Source: Phoronis australis (lineage: Eukaryota; Animalia; Phoronida). From it: DNA of 64,000 nt. The number at the start of each line of letters is the position of its first letter. The stretch's first letter is position 1. This document shows positions 1 to 11,900 of the stretch, in pieces. Location: assembly GCA_002633005.1 (NCBI GenBank), contig NMRA01000012.1, forward strand, positions 1,590,796 to 1,654,795, in the 5' to 3' direction. A program made the translations under genes and the position numbers. The notes under the pieces were generated by a model. It was not told where the DNA came from, made no database searches, and saw nothing but the letters and a program-made list of their open reading frames with translations.

Positions 1-537
1 AGAAAAGCAATCACAATGCATGTTACTAGTGGGACCCTTTGGACGGATCCCTCGGTGTCAAAGGGCACAAAAGGTCTGTTTTGTGAAAAGCGACTTCAAG
101 ACTTTAGACAGAAATTTGGTTTCGCATGATTAAGGGTTTAGCCATGTAATTATTAGCATGACATTACAACCAAGAAATAATTTAAACAAGTTATATCTCG
201 GTAAATAGAGATTATGGGTATATTCTCAGATTTTGTATTTTTGCTTTAAAGTGAGATTTAATCATTTAAATAAATAGTTGTGTCAAGTATGAGACAAAAT
301 TTCTGACTTAAGTCTTTAGTCACTTTTCATGAAAAAGATAACACAAGCCAATATACAAAAGCATTACCCAAAACCTCATAGGCATTATCAACCCAGGTAT
401 ATTGTGTAACCTGCTGTCATAGAGCTGATATCAAGCGACAACCCTAAATTACCCAGTTCAGGTGAAAATTTCACAAATATTTGCACTCAAACACTGATTG
501 ACTAATGAACACAAATCAAGGAATCAATTTGCCTTAC

Positions 538-3500
538 AAAGTTAGTCCTAGTAGCCGATGTGACTGTTGTTGTTCTCTGTGTCACTGTTCGCGTATTCTC
601 TGTGACTGTACTGCTGGAGGTATTCTTGGTGACACTGGTCGAGATTCTACCTGCACTAGTGGCTGCCATTGTCGACGTCCTGCCTGAGGATCTGGTCAAA
701 GGCTTAGTGCTTGACTTGGCAGCTGGCGTGGCCTGAGACTGCAATGTAAGCAGAGGCAAGTTACAGGCCACCAAAACCTTTAGATGATGCTGAATTACGT
801 GGACATCATTATGAGCCCTGTACACACAAGTACTGTTGATGGCGGAGGTAACACTCAGAACACAGAACATGAAAAGAAATTAACATGTACATCAACACTG
901 AATCATAGATCTTAAATGGAGGTTTCACTTACCTTATCTTTCTGGAAAGGTGAATGGCACATATTGAGGTCACGCTTTCCTGTGATGCCTTTTACGCACA
1001 ATATCAGGAAGCTGTTCTGTTCATGTTACTAGAAATGTTTTCCATACAGTATCCCCCTGACAATTCACTGGCTCTCCTCCATAGCAAATAACTAAATGGA
1101 AAGCTTCAGACAAGCTTTCAGTGAACAGACGATGTGCTGACCAGAGCCAACTTAAAAAGCACATCATAAGACAAATTTAAATTTTGTCCTAAACAGAAAT
1201 TATCAAAGTTAGACTCCTGCCTCGTTAATATGATGCAAACCTTTTTAAATGCTTCCAAGATTTCTCCACAATCTAGCAGATTTTCTTCAGGCTCCCAACT
1301 GTCCTCTTCGGGGCCATACCTTGCCCACCGTATGTAGTACAAGTTGGATTTTCCTGGCCTCTTTTTCATACGCAAAATTCGCTCAACCTAAATGAAACAA
1401 ATATTAGCTTGTGAACCTCTTTAATAAATACTCCTTGTGTAACAAGTTCTATATGCTGGATTCCCTTTTTTCTTTTTAGACATAAGATTAAGTCTCTTCT
1501 TCATTTACAAAATCAAATTGGCTAAATCAATGCCACTGCTCTCACTAGCTTAAAATTTTCACCCGAAAAACAACTCTAGAAACGAGAACACTGTCAAGGG
1601 TTGCGTTTAATGGCTCTTTGCTGGCAATTACCTCGCAACTGTTGAAACCTTTGCAAGCACTAGATCATTTACTTCAAAGGACATATTTGCAGTGGCCTGT
1701 ATTTACTGTTGCGTTAATTTTTTTCAGAGAAACCCTAACAACGGATCAGTTATTGTCATTCAATTATTGCGAGATCTCACAAAAACTATGTCTTGCTATA
1801 CGTACAACATTCATAGTCCAAACAGAAAAGTTGAAAGTGCAAAATCAACTGCTGCACACTCGCCCGAGGAAGTGAGTCGTAGTCACAAGTAAGCAAGTAA
1901 GCAAAAAATTATTTTGCATCAGGGAAGACAAGTACAACAACAAAACGTCAGCACACGTGCTAGTAACCGATAAGAAATAAGAAATTAAGCAAAGTGAATA
2001 TTTACAGTATTTGTAAAGGCAGACCATGAACATAACATATAGAACAAATGACAATGAGGTACAGAAAGCAAAATATTGCATGGACTCACTAACAGCAATC
2101 CCAAGTATCCTTGACAATGACACAGAAATTTTAAATGTTTGCCAGTTTTAAAGTCAAGAACGTCCGCGTAGTAACATAGTTCATTTTGCATTCCAGAGAG
2201 AAACTCCTTGATGACGAATTGAGTTTGTATCGTAGGTTGCAGTATTGAACCAGGTAACAACTAGCCTACCAATGTATTTTCGGTAAAAGTCAAGTGAATG
2301 GGTCCCTCTTCAAAATGGCTACCGGGAACCAGTTTTCACTAAATAACAGACATTGCCATTACTCAGTAAAAACTGCTTCCTGGCAGCCATTTTGAAGAGG
2401 GCTCATTTAATTGACTTTTACCGCATTTCCTTTTCAAACATTGTGTGGCATTGTTTTCGGTAGCCTTGGTACAAAGCTATAACTACATATACAGCTTTGC
2501 ACCGATGTGGGTAAAAAAGTGTTAAGATAAAATCTGACACAAAATTAGTTACATTAAAAGCTAGTCTTCCTTGCGTAAACTAAATTATTTAACGGTGTTG
2601 GAAAAAATGGCGTTCTACCGTTATTCTGCTGCTAAAGTTTTGGAGCGAACTTTAGCGACGACTTTCGGTGCCACGAAATATTGCGTCACCTATTGGCCAG
2701 TTTCTTTTTTCGCTGATTCTTCAATCAACTGTAGTTATTCTTTCACGAGGTTGTGTACACGTCATGCAACAAATTATCATAACTGGTTTCACTTCAATAT
2801 AAGTTTCTAGAATTTTGATACCGAAAAACCGAATTTCAGAAGAAATTTTGCAGTTGCCAAGCTATCATCATCTCCTGAGAGATGTCGCAAAAATTTATGA
2901 AATGGCGTGTGCCCGTGACACGAGCGTATTGTTTTCAAAACGACGACAGCTAGCTGTATGAAGACTATTGACAAAATACAGCTAGGTACCACTGTGTGTA
3001 TTTCTTCCGCAGACCCTGAAATTGCACACAGTCAGGTTAGTTCTGCTCATCACCTCGCCGTGAAACTTGTATCAACATGTAAAGCTAAAGACAAGACGGG
3101 GTGCATGCAAAATCTGGGAATCAACTGACACTCACCTTGCCCGTTACAGCCGTTTAAGTGAAAAACAATGCAATAAACGTCATTTTCTTGCCTAACTCAC
3201 CGCTAATTTTCTAACAATGAAAAGTATGTCATCGTTTTGAAAACAGTACGCTCCTGTCACGCCCACGCGCCATTTCCTAAATTTTTGTGACACCTCTGAT
3301 GATAGCTTGACAGCAACAAAATAACGGTAGAACACCATTTTTTCCAACACCGTTAAATAATTTGTACTCAAGAAAAACTGTAGTTTTTAATGACACTAAT
3401 TTTGTGTCAGATTTTATCTTACCACTTTTTTACTCACATCGGTACAAAGCTGTATATTTAGTATACACCTTTGTACCAATAAAGGCTAAGTGGTACCTAG

Positions 3501-4116
3501 CTGTATTCCGATGATAGTCTTCATACAGCTAGCTGGATGGCTAGGTTTTTGGTTCAAAGCATTTCAGGGACTAGACAGTGACCACCATCTCCATCTGTAG
3601 GTAGCCCCAGAGCCAGACGGTGAAGGAGCTTAATTCAGCCTTAATTGCCTTAATTCATATGCCGGAAGCTTTTCAACGATGTCTTCAATTCCTTTCAACT
3701 CGAACGAGCACTCTCGCAACTTTTTCAAGCAGTCCTTCGTGCATAATGCTTTACTTTTTTTAGACAACAGAACAAATTTACTGTGGATTATAGAGTGTAG
3801 GACGGTTGCTCTCACAGGCGTCCTCAGCTTCTGATCGTCCCCAATACACTACATATAATACTACAAGGTAGTATTATATGTAGTGTATTGGGGACGATCA
3901 GAAGCTGAGGACGCCCTGTGGTTGCTCTCTGATCTCATACCAGGGGAAAATATGTGACATAAGATCTAACAAATGCATACTAGATATTAAGCTTACTGGC
4001 ATCATTTAACAGATGTCGTAACCTAAACAGAATTGGGTGATATATTTCTTTGTTATGAGTCATCGGGAAATTTAGGTGGACTAAGACTAAGAGCTTACCT
4101 CGTAAACTTCCGCCAT
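538..4116 (-). CDS. Chromodomain-containing protein, 5' part (exons 4099-4116, 1241-1387, 933-941, 538-738; continues beyond the window start)
   Basis: Spliced product MAEVYE|VERILRMKKRPGKSNLYYIRWARYGPEEDSWEPEENLLDCGEILEAFKK|KDK|SQATPAAKSST... has the chromodomain signature (YEVERIL, YYIRW-x-x-Y, DSWEPEENL) followed by a Ser/Thr-rich region. All junctions are GT-AG, phase 0. The specific family (MPP8/CDYL/CBX-like) cannot be resolved. Confidence 0.85.
2281..2423. mobile_element. Small inverted-repeat (MITE-like) element
   Basis: cggtaaaagtcaagtgaatgggtccctcttcaaaatggct...agttt is the imperfect reverse complement of aaactgc...agccattttgaagagggctcatttaattgacttttaccg. Confidence 0.6.
2461..3535. 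mobile_element. Large degenerate inverted-repeat (foldback/MITE) complex in chromodomain gene intron 1
   Basis: About 2461-2625 pairs with 3320-3488, about 2850-2948 with 3228-3315, and about 2947-2993 with 3490-3535, all as imperfect reverse complements. Confidence 0.65.
3813..3920. mobile_element. 108-bp near-perfect palindromic MITE with 8-bp target-site duplication
   Basis: Arms cacaggcgtcctcagc...aatactac / gtagtatt...gctgaggacgccctgtg around a 3-nt loop; gttgctct lies on both sides (3805-3812 and 3921-3928). Confidence 0.85.
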
Positions 4117-5341
4117 TTTCAAATTTGACGCGTTTGGAAGCGCGCCTAGCGGAGAATACGGCACAATAACAACCACCGTAAATTTCTGGTCAAATGCCCA
4201 TCCTGTACCGAGTTGCATGAAACACGGTCCCGGCAAATCAGGGACTCAAATAAGGTCCTTAAATCTACTGCGTATTTGTGGACACTGATTGTATTTTCCG
4301 ATGCTGTTTTAGTTGCAGTACTAGTTCAATTCTGACTTTGATTATACAAATCGAGAGTGAACTCTACCTTGAAGTAAATCATCACTGCCAAAATAACGGA
4401 GTAGAGTATTTTCATGCAACGCTGTTAACTTAAGGACTGAATCGCTATTCATTTTCAGTTTTTAGGTAAATTTAAGAAAATGTCAGAAGTCAAACAGGAG
4501 CACGTAGTTAAGGTAATCAGATTGCAGAAAAAGATTGGCATTTGTGAATAAAACTGACAAACTATTTTCCGTTACTAACAAGAACATCCGGGACATCGGG
4601 CAAGAACAATAAGTGGCTAATCCATGTATTGCCTGTGACCGTTCATTTGGAAACATAAAATGCTATTTTATTACGGAAAGGAATATCACGAGAGTCTAAT
4701 TCGATTTCTGTTTTTAATTCAGCTACTGAAACACTGAGGAAGCCGGAAAACCAGCTTGGAAAATTTTCGGACTTTTGTTTAAGTCTGTTATCTCACGACT
4801 CCATCAAAACGATGTCTGTAAGTTCTGTATTTTTTAAATTAAAATTAAATGGAAAAGCACTAGGAATCAGCTATTTACAATAGACTAAGCCTAATCAGCC
4901 CCACTGAGGCCAAAGCTAGACAACACAACAACAATTTCGTATCCTCTGTGAAATGGAAAATTTACAGACGTGAACTGCGAATTTACATTAACAAAATGTC
5001 GGAGCCTCTTAATTATTCCATACAGTAATAACAAATTCAACGCGCACGTAACGTGTGGCGCTCCGCTTAGACTAAAACTGAATGAATCATGAACGATTGG
5101 GTGCAAAATTAAAATTATTAACTTCACGTTCCGTACATTATTTCCGTGAAATGCGTAAACAGCTTAATTTTTTATCAATTTAAGATGTCCGAAAAGGCTG
5201 GAATTTGGAACGGCTATTTTTCAATTTACAATATCAGTAGTTTCGTGATTCGATAAAGTTTAGAGAACGGCTGTGTATTTCACGACCAATGTATTAATTT
5301 TTTAAATCAAATTCTTAAACATTTGCAGAAGAGCAAGTTCC

Positions 5342-6894
5342 ATGGCAAAGTCTCGATCCAAACTGATCTTAGTCTACCTACTTAAAGGTATATGTGCGAC
5401 CCTACAAAATGCCCAAATTTAGCCAGCTTCGGAGTCGTTCTTAGAAATGACAGCTGATTGTATTCATTTGAAAGTTTCACTGAGATAGTATGCTTTATAC
5501 ACAGTTCTCTAAGACGCTTACTTTTGTACGAGGGTCTAGCTAAAGTTGAACTTTTATGATTATCAAAACTTAAGTTGTGTAAAATGAAAACGGGATAATT
5601 TTATTTTTTAGAAAACTGCAACAATTTTTTAGAGATCCTGAACATTTATATTTTAAAACGAAATCGATATCTTTGTCCTACCGTCGACGTACCTTCTAAA
5701 AAGACATGGTCACGGTCACATGATCAATATCAGATTGGTAAAAAGTCAGAAAACGAATTCTGCAAGTTTTCAACTTTCAAAAAAAAATATATATATACTT
5801 TACAGGGGGTTAAAATCTGAAGGCTTTCGGTTGGCTAAATGCACAGTCGTGTCGACAACTAGGTCTTCCGTAACCTTGAAAATTTTGCCGAATAGGCAGC
5901 AAAATGATACCCTGGTATTTCAGTAACGTCTACGAAAACGAGAAGAAATCACACTTGCAGTGTAGGTCATTTGATTTTACCCAACTCCCTGACCTATGTT
6001 TACATGATCATCCGGGTATCTCTAGATAGTCTTGCTGAAATGCATGTGCTCCGATTGCTATTGCTGGCGTGAAGCCGTGACATTCGCGGTTAATTTGAAA
6101 ATCGCGGAGTGTCACTCAGCTACAGATCGTGACAAGCGCAAAATAATAAAAAATAAATAAATAAATCGCCTTCGGCTTAAGTTACGACAACCCTTTAGGA
6201 ACATATCAGTGACTTCTTTAAAACATTTTTAACACAAAAATCGATCTGTTGAAGACACGTGCTACCTGTCGTAACCGTCGACCGTTTCTTGTAAAGCAAA
6301 TGGCACGTGACCTTGCCTTTCAATTACATTTGATCATGGTGGTTAAATCAATGCTGTGTTATGGGAAGAAAGTTTTAACTGTAATCAGAGTAGTCTGTTT
6401 TCAGCATCATGCCCCATAGTAACTCTTTTACCAGCACTGAATATAGAGCCTACTGAATTGAGGTGCGTGCACTTTTAGTGTAGTTGAATTTTATAATTTT
6501 ATTGTATGGGACGGAATAGGTATAGCTACGACCGCTGCATATATTTCTATACTGTATTTTGTTTTTTTTCTTTGGGATAGTGATCTTTTAGCGGCACTTG
6601 GTTTTGTTTGTCCCCTCTTTTAATTGCGGCATAAACTCATGGGTAGCTATGGCCTCAGTCGCTTTAAGCTGCTGCGAACCCGCCTTCCGCCAAGGACAGA
6701 TGCCAACATTAGATCAGGTCAAATTTACTTAATAACCAAATTCGAAAAGTGGGATTGAAAAAAAGACATTTCGTTATTGTTTCAGACCAGGCTCAGCAAA
6801 ATCGTTGGAGTCCAATTTCACAGCGCTTTACCGCGGCAATCAAGTTCAAGTGTACGTCATGAGACGGTATAGTTTGGTGGATTCCAAAGAAATA
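5342..6894 (+). CDS. Tentative small spliced gene or gene remnant divergent from the chromodomain gene (exons 5342-5387, 6405-6462, 6786-6894)
   Basis: Three phase-compatible GT-AG segments give MAKSRSKLILVYLLK-ASCPIVTLLPALNIEPTEL-RPGSAKSLESNFTALYRGNQVQVYVMRRYSLVDSKEI. No confident homology and no clear last exon. Confidence 0.25.
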
Positions 6895-8918
6895 GTGAGT
6901 TGACGCTATGAGTTATGCAAAAACTACATTCACCACGACTAACCCCGAAGTCTTACACATGGGTCAGGACCGAAGGAAAATGCCGTGTCAGTGGCAGCCG
7001 GAAGATGTTAATTGTATGATTGCAAGTTACAACAATTTCTTTTTCTACTGCGCGGTTGGCGTTAGTTACTCGCCTATCCAATGTCACAGCGACACCTAAA
7101 TCATAGCCTTGAGAAAGAGTGCATAGACCCTATTACTAAACTAAAGTGAATGAGTTTTTGCTGATCAAGGAGCAGCTACGCTATTGCGTAATTCAAGGAG
7201 CTTATAGTACATAAAGAATACAACTCGTGGTTGCTCAGGGTACTGCCACAACAAGGTAGTTCTCACTTATCAAGATAACACAAATACCTAGAACCCTATT
7301 ACTTTGTATTCAACACAATTTAAGGTCAGCTGATTTTCAAACCAATCTAACCTCAACACTCACATGCTGGTGAAAGGGTCATTGTTATTCATGTGTTTTG
7401 TGTTAAAGAACAACAATCAAAAGTAGCTGTTTAGCTGGTCAACTGTTGCTTCCTAAGAGTAATTGAAATAGTCGCCAGTTTGGCCAGCACAAGAACACTG
7501 TGTTACTAGAGCCCAGTCTTATAAACTGGTGAAGAAAGCCAGTTGTGAAAATAGTGTGTACTCATTGATAAAAGACACGTCTTAGCGTGCAGAACAATTT
7601 GGTGAACAGAGCAAGAAGTTAGATAAGATCAAGTGAACTTATATTTACTAACTGTCCTTAACAAACAACAAAAGTGATCAATACACATTCCTCAATTTGC
7701 ACTGTGTAAGCGCATAATTCTATCTTTAATATTATTCCAATATTAAATAACAAAATATTGCCACAGGTCATAAAACATACCACTGCAACACATCCAAACA
7801 ATGAAAGATAATCACCAGGTGGTGCTAACGAGGAATGGCACTTTTTTTGTTGAAGGCGCAACAACCCAGTGTTATGTTGTTCCTTTCGCAGACTGAAAGT
7901 GTTTTATGGAGTTGAAAACAGCTAGCAGATCATTACTGAATCAGACCCTGATCAACAAGTTGGCTCGCCACAGCAGAACAGTTTCAACCAATCAAGACCA
8001 TCAGGGTTAATTTCAGGCGCTATCCCTTTCAAATCGAACAAGGGATAAGAATGCAATGAGGGTTACTTGGAAGAGCAAATACGCCTGTGAAGAAAGTCGT
8101 TTTTTGACTCCATAACAGAGTTTGTAACGGCCTTAACTGAATACATGTAGGACAGAAAAAATGCTCACAAGTACAAGAATGCTTGTGGGGTGAGGATCCC
8201 GCTTAAGTCACTATCTGAATACATAACTTTTTACTGGAAAGACCGTTTTCCCTACTATTAAACACCACCTAGTGAAATTTGAAGTCCACATTGTTCCCTC
8301 CACCTGTATCACCCAAGTCCCTGTAGTGCTGAAACTGAATGGTTCTTCCAAGTCACTGAGCAAACGAACGTTTTCCACATTGCACCACCAGACACGTTAC
8401 CAAGTCAGAAAACCTTTATCTACATTCAATATCTTTGGAAAACATGGAAATACAAGCTTTAAAGTAGATAAACTGTCAACAATCTTGAAGATATTTCAAG
8501 CATTCAGACACACACCAATCTTAATCTGAGCACTGTAATTGTTGTATAACTACATTAACATATTAACAATCTATCCATATGCATCCATATATTGATCAGT
8601 GGAGGTGAAAGTGAACATTTGCTAGCAGTACAAATGACCTGTCTTCCTGGGTTCTTAAGTTACCAGAGCCTGTGGCTTAAACCATACACAAGAGAGCATA
8701 AGAAACCCAAGGAAATAGAGTCAAAACTTTGTTTACCAAACTTAACTTTGGACTCCAATTCCCATTTATTTCATCCTTACCCATGTGTCATTTTTCAAAT
8801 TCAGACATGACACGCAACAACTGTAGCCATTTATCAATTGTCATAATTCCATTGTCTGCTTCATAATCTTGATGTCCAACACTTAACCTCAAAGTCCCCA
8901 ACCCATATTTCATTGCTA

Positions 8919-11900
8919 TCAAGCGGAAAAGAGATCGCCAGCAGAGGGCAGTGGTGCAAGTCCTCCAGTTATCTCGGGTAACCGTGTTAGATCTGGTAAG
9001 TTCTTTATGTGTGACTCTAGCTGCTCACGAACTGTGTTGACCTTGTTCAGCTTCTCCTTATATTCCTGCAGAAGGGCGTACACTTAAGTCATTACCACAG
9101 CAACAGGTGGCACTAACAATTCAGAAGGTCATACACTAAGGTCATTGCCACAGCAACAAGTAGCACTAACAATGCAAAAGGTCATACACTAACTATAAAG
9201 GTCATTGCTACAGCAACAGGTAGCACAAAAGATGCAGACCAAAGAATACTGGGACAATAATGACAACAATTGGAAAGAGTCAATACACAACCATTAAAAT
9301 CCACATATTCATTGGCCTCATAAAACTAATCACTGTACAAGGTAGTATTCAGCACGAGGCACATGAAGTTTCCAACAATGTTCCTATCATGCACACATTG
9401 AAAGGTTTTCACCAAAATGCCAAAAAATACACATCAACATTTGACTTGGGAATAACTTTACCTCCAACTTCTTCTCGGACAGAGACAACTGTTCCTTCTG
9501 ACAGACGATGAAATCTTTTAACATGACCGCCAGTGTTTTACGCTCATCTAGTTCTGTTGCCAGCCGTCTGTTATATTGATCCAGCATGAGGCAGGCATCA
9601 TCCACTGAGGCAGTCAGCTTATTTGCTGACTCCTTATCTGTAAAATACCATAGCACAAATGAGTGATCCACATGACCTGGTGACAATTTTGGTGCTGTAG
9701 ATTCTTTCTTCCCAGTAATCACAGTTTGGTCTGTAGAATATTCTTACTTCAGGCTCGATCATACGAAGCACCGGCCTTGGAAAGGAACCCAAAAATCACC
9801 TACAAATAGGAAATTCTGACCCCAAAACAAAGCTTTAACCTTGGAAAGGAAGTAGTTACGTGTACCTTGAAACACCATTCTCAAACAGACCCACGCCCTA
9901 CACCACAGTGCCTCCACACCATACTCAAACAGACTCAACCTCCCACACCACCATGCCTTCATACCATACTCAAACAGACCCACGTCCCACACCACCATGC
10001 CTTCATACCGTACTCAAACAGGCCCGTGTCCCACACCACCATGCCTTCATACCACAACACATGACCCATACCACCATGCCTTCATAACATGCTCAAATAC
10101 ACACACGGCCCACACCACCAGTTATTGTACAGGACCCACCTTTTATTTTCTCTAGCTGCGACACATCCGACACTTCTTGTGGAAGTGCTGCTATTTTTTC
10201 TCTTATGGCTGCGTCACTCGACGCGGAATGTTCCAGTTCTGACAACAGCTTGACTAGTTCGTCAGCCTGGAAAGAATTGCACCTATATACTGACATACCA
10301 ATTTCTCTTCTAAATGACAGCTGGCGAACTTTTGCAGCAATCATGTTGGAACATTTCTCTCTCAGCTGCCAAACACGATTTACACACTCCAGCTTTTCTG
10401 TTGTAACTGTGGTCAAAAACTGACACAGCCACAAAAGTTAATTATTATTAAGATTAAAATACAAAATCTCAATGTTTTTTGAGGCAAAACATCACCTACG
10501 GAAGGTGGACTGAGGTCTAAATATCAATGATGACATTATCTTACATCGGGGGGATCCCTGGGCTCATCCGTTAAAGAATCTTGAGGGCCTTCCTGGAGTG
10601 ACAGCACCTCTTCCAGTTTGACTTTCTTGGCAGGAACGGGCTCCGACTCAGCTGTAAGATGAAAAATGCAATCTATAGTTCATGAGATACAATCAAATGA
10701 CCCTGACATTAGGGTCAAGGAAATTAAAAAACCCAGTGAAGAGTGATCACCTAGAGCATGCTATAATGGGATAATTCAAACTCTCCAGGTGGCGCTATTG
10801 TGACAACAAACCTACCTGTAGAAATACTCAAGTAATCATGAGGGACTGTTCTTCCACAGACTGATGAACTGCTTTCAACTCTCAATCTATTCAGGTGTTA
10901 AAAAGAGTAGCATTTATTCATTAGCACCACCTGGTGAATGTTTCGTATCCCTATGATTTACACCAGCATTACAATGTGATGTATCAAACAAGCCATTAGA
11001 AAATCAGGAAATTACACACAGCAAGTGATATATGACAACAATTTCACATTAAATGACCATATGTGCTGATTCTATAATCCCAATGCTTAATTTTGAACTT
11101 CTTAAAACAAGTAAACAGTATAAAATCTGCAGTTGCATACTACAAATTGTTTACATTGTAAATGTTTCAACATCGCTCTGCTAACTGTCTTGGGTATCAG
11201 CGGTACAAAGTGATTAGGTACAAAGACTCTGTCCTTTTCTAATGACCCTTTCCTTGTCCACATAATATACAAGCATTGCCCAGTCTCGCGCCTCCTAGGT
11301 TCGATAAGACCATGTAGGAGATGCCTCAATCTCTCACACTTGGGCAAATTTGGATAGACAGAGAACACAGGTCTTCTGAGTACGCTACATAGGGCAAGCA
11401 AGTGTATACAGCAACTCCACATTTTGTCCTTCACTGTCAGTCTAGCTTCACTTTCCACTTTATTTGTGTCTGAGTTTCCGGTCGTTTGCGTAGACAATGA
11501 CATTACAAAGTACGTAGATGTGGAGAGGGCACCAGGATTTTCACTAGCCTGCTGAAATTTTGGATGTGTCGCGTAATATGTAGAATTCTCGCACAGCTCT
11601 GCAGCAGTCAACATCTTTAGTGGTCTGGACAGGCTGTAATCACCCGCATACACCAGAGACACAGAGTTGTAAAGGCAATTGCCATCAGACAAAGTCTTCA
11701 TTGGTAATAAGTCTTGGCCTATGTCATAAGGAAGAATAGACATGGACATTTTATCTACATCGGTTGGGCTCTGAACACTGCGCCTTGATTTGAGGTCTAG
11801 CAATTTGTATAGCTTGTCACTCAACTGTACTGTGTCCACTCCATGCTGTACGGCATTAGCTGAAACAAGACAAAAGAAAGCTCCGATATAAGTGCTGGAC

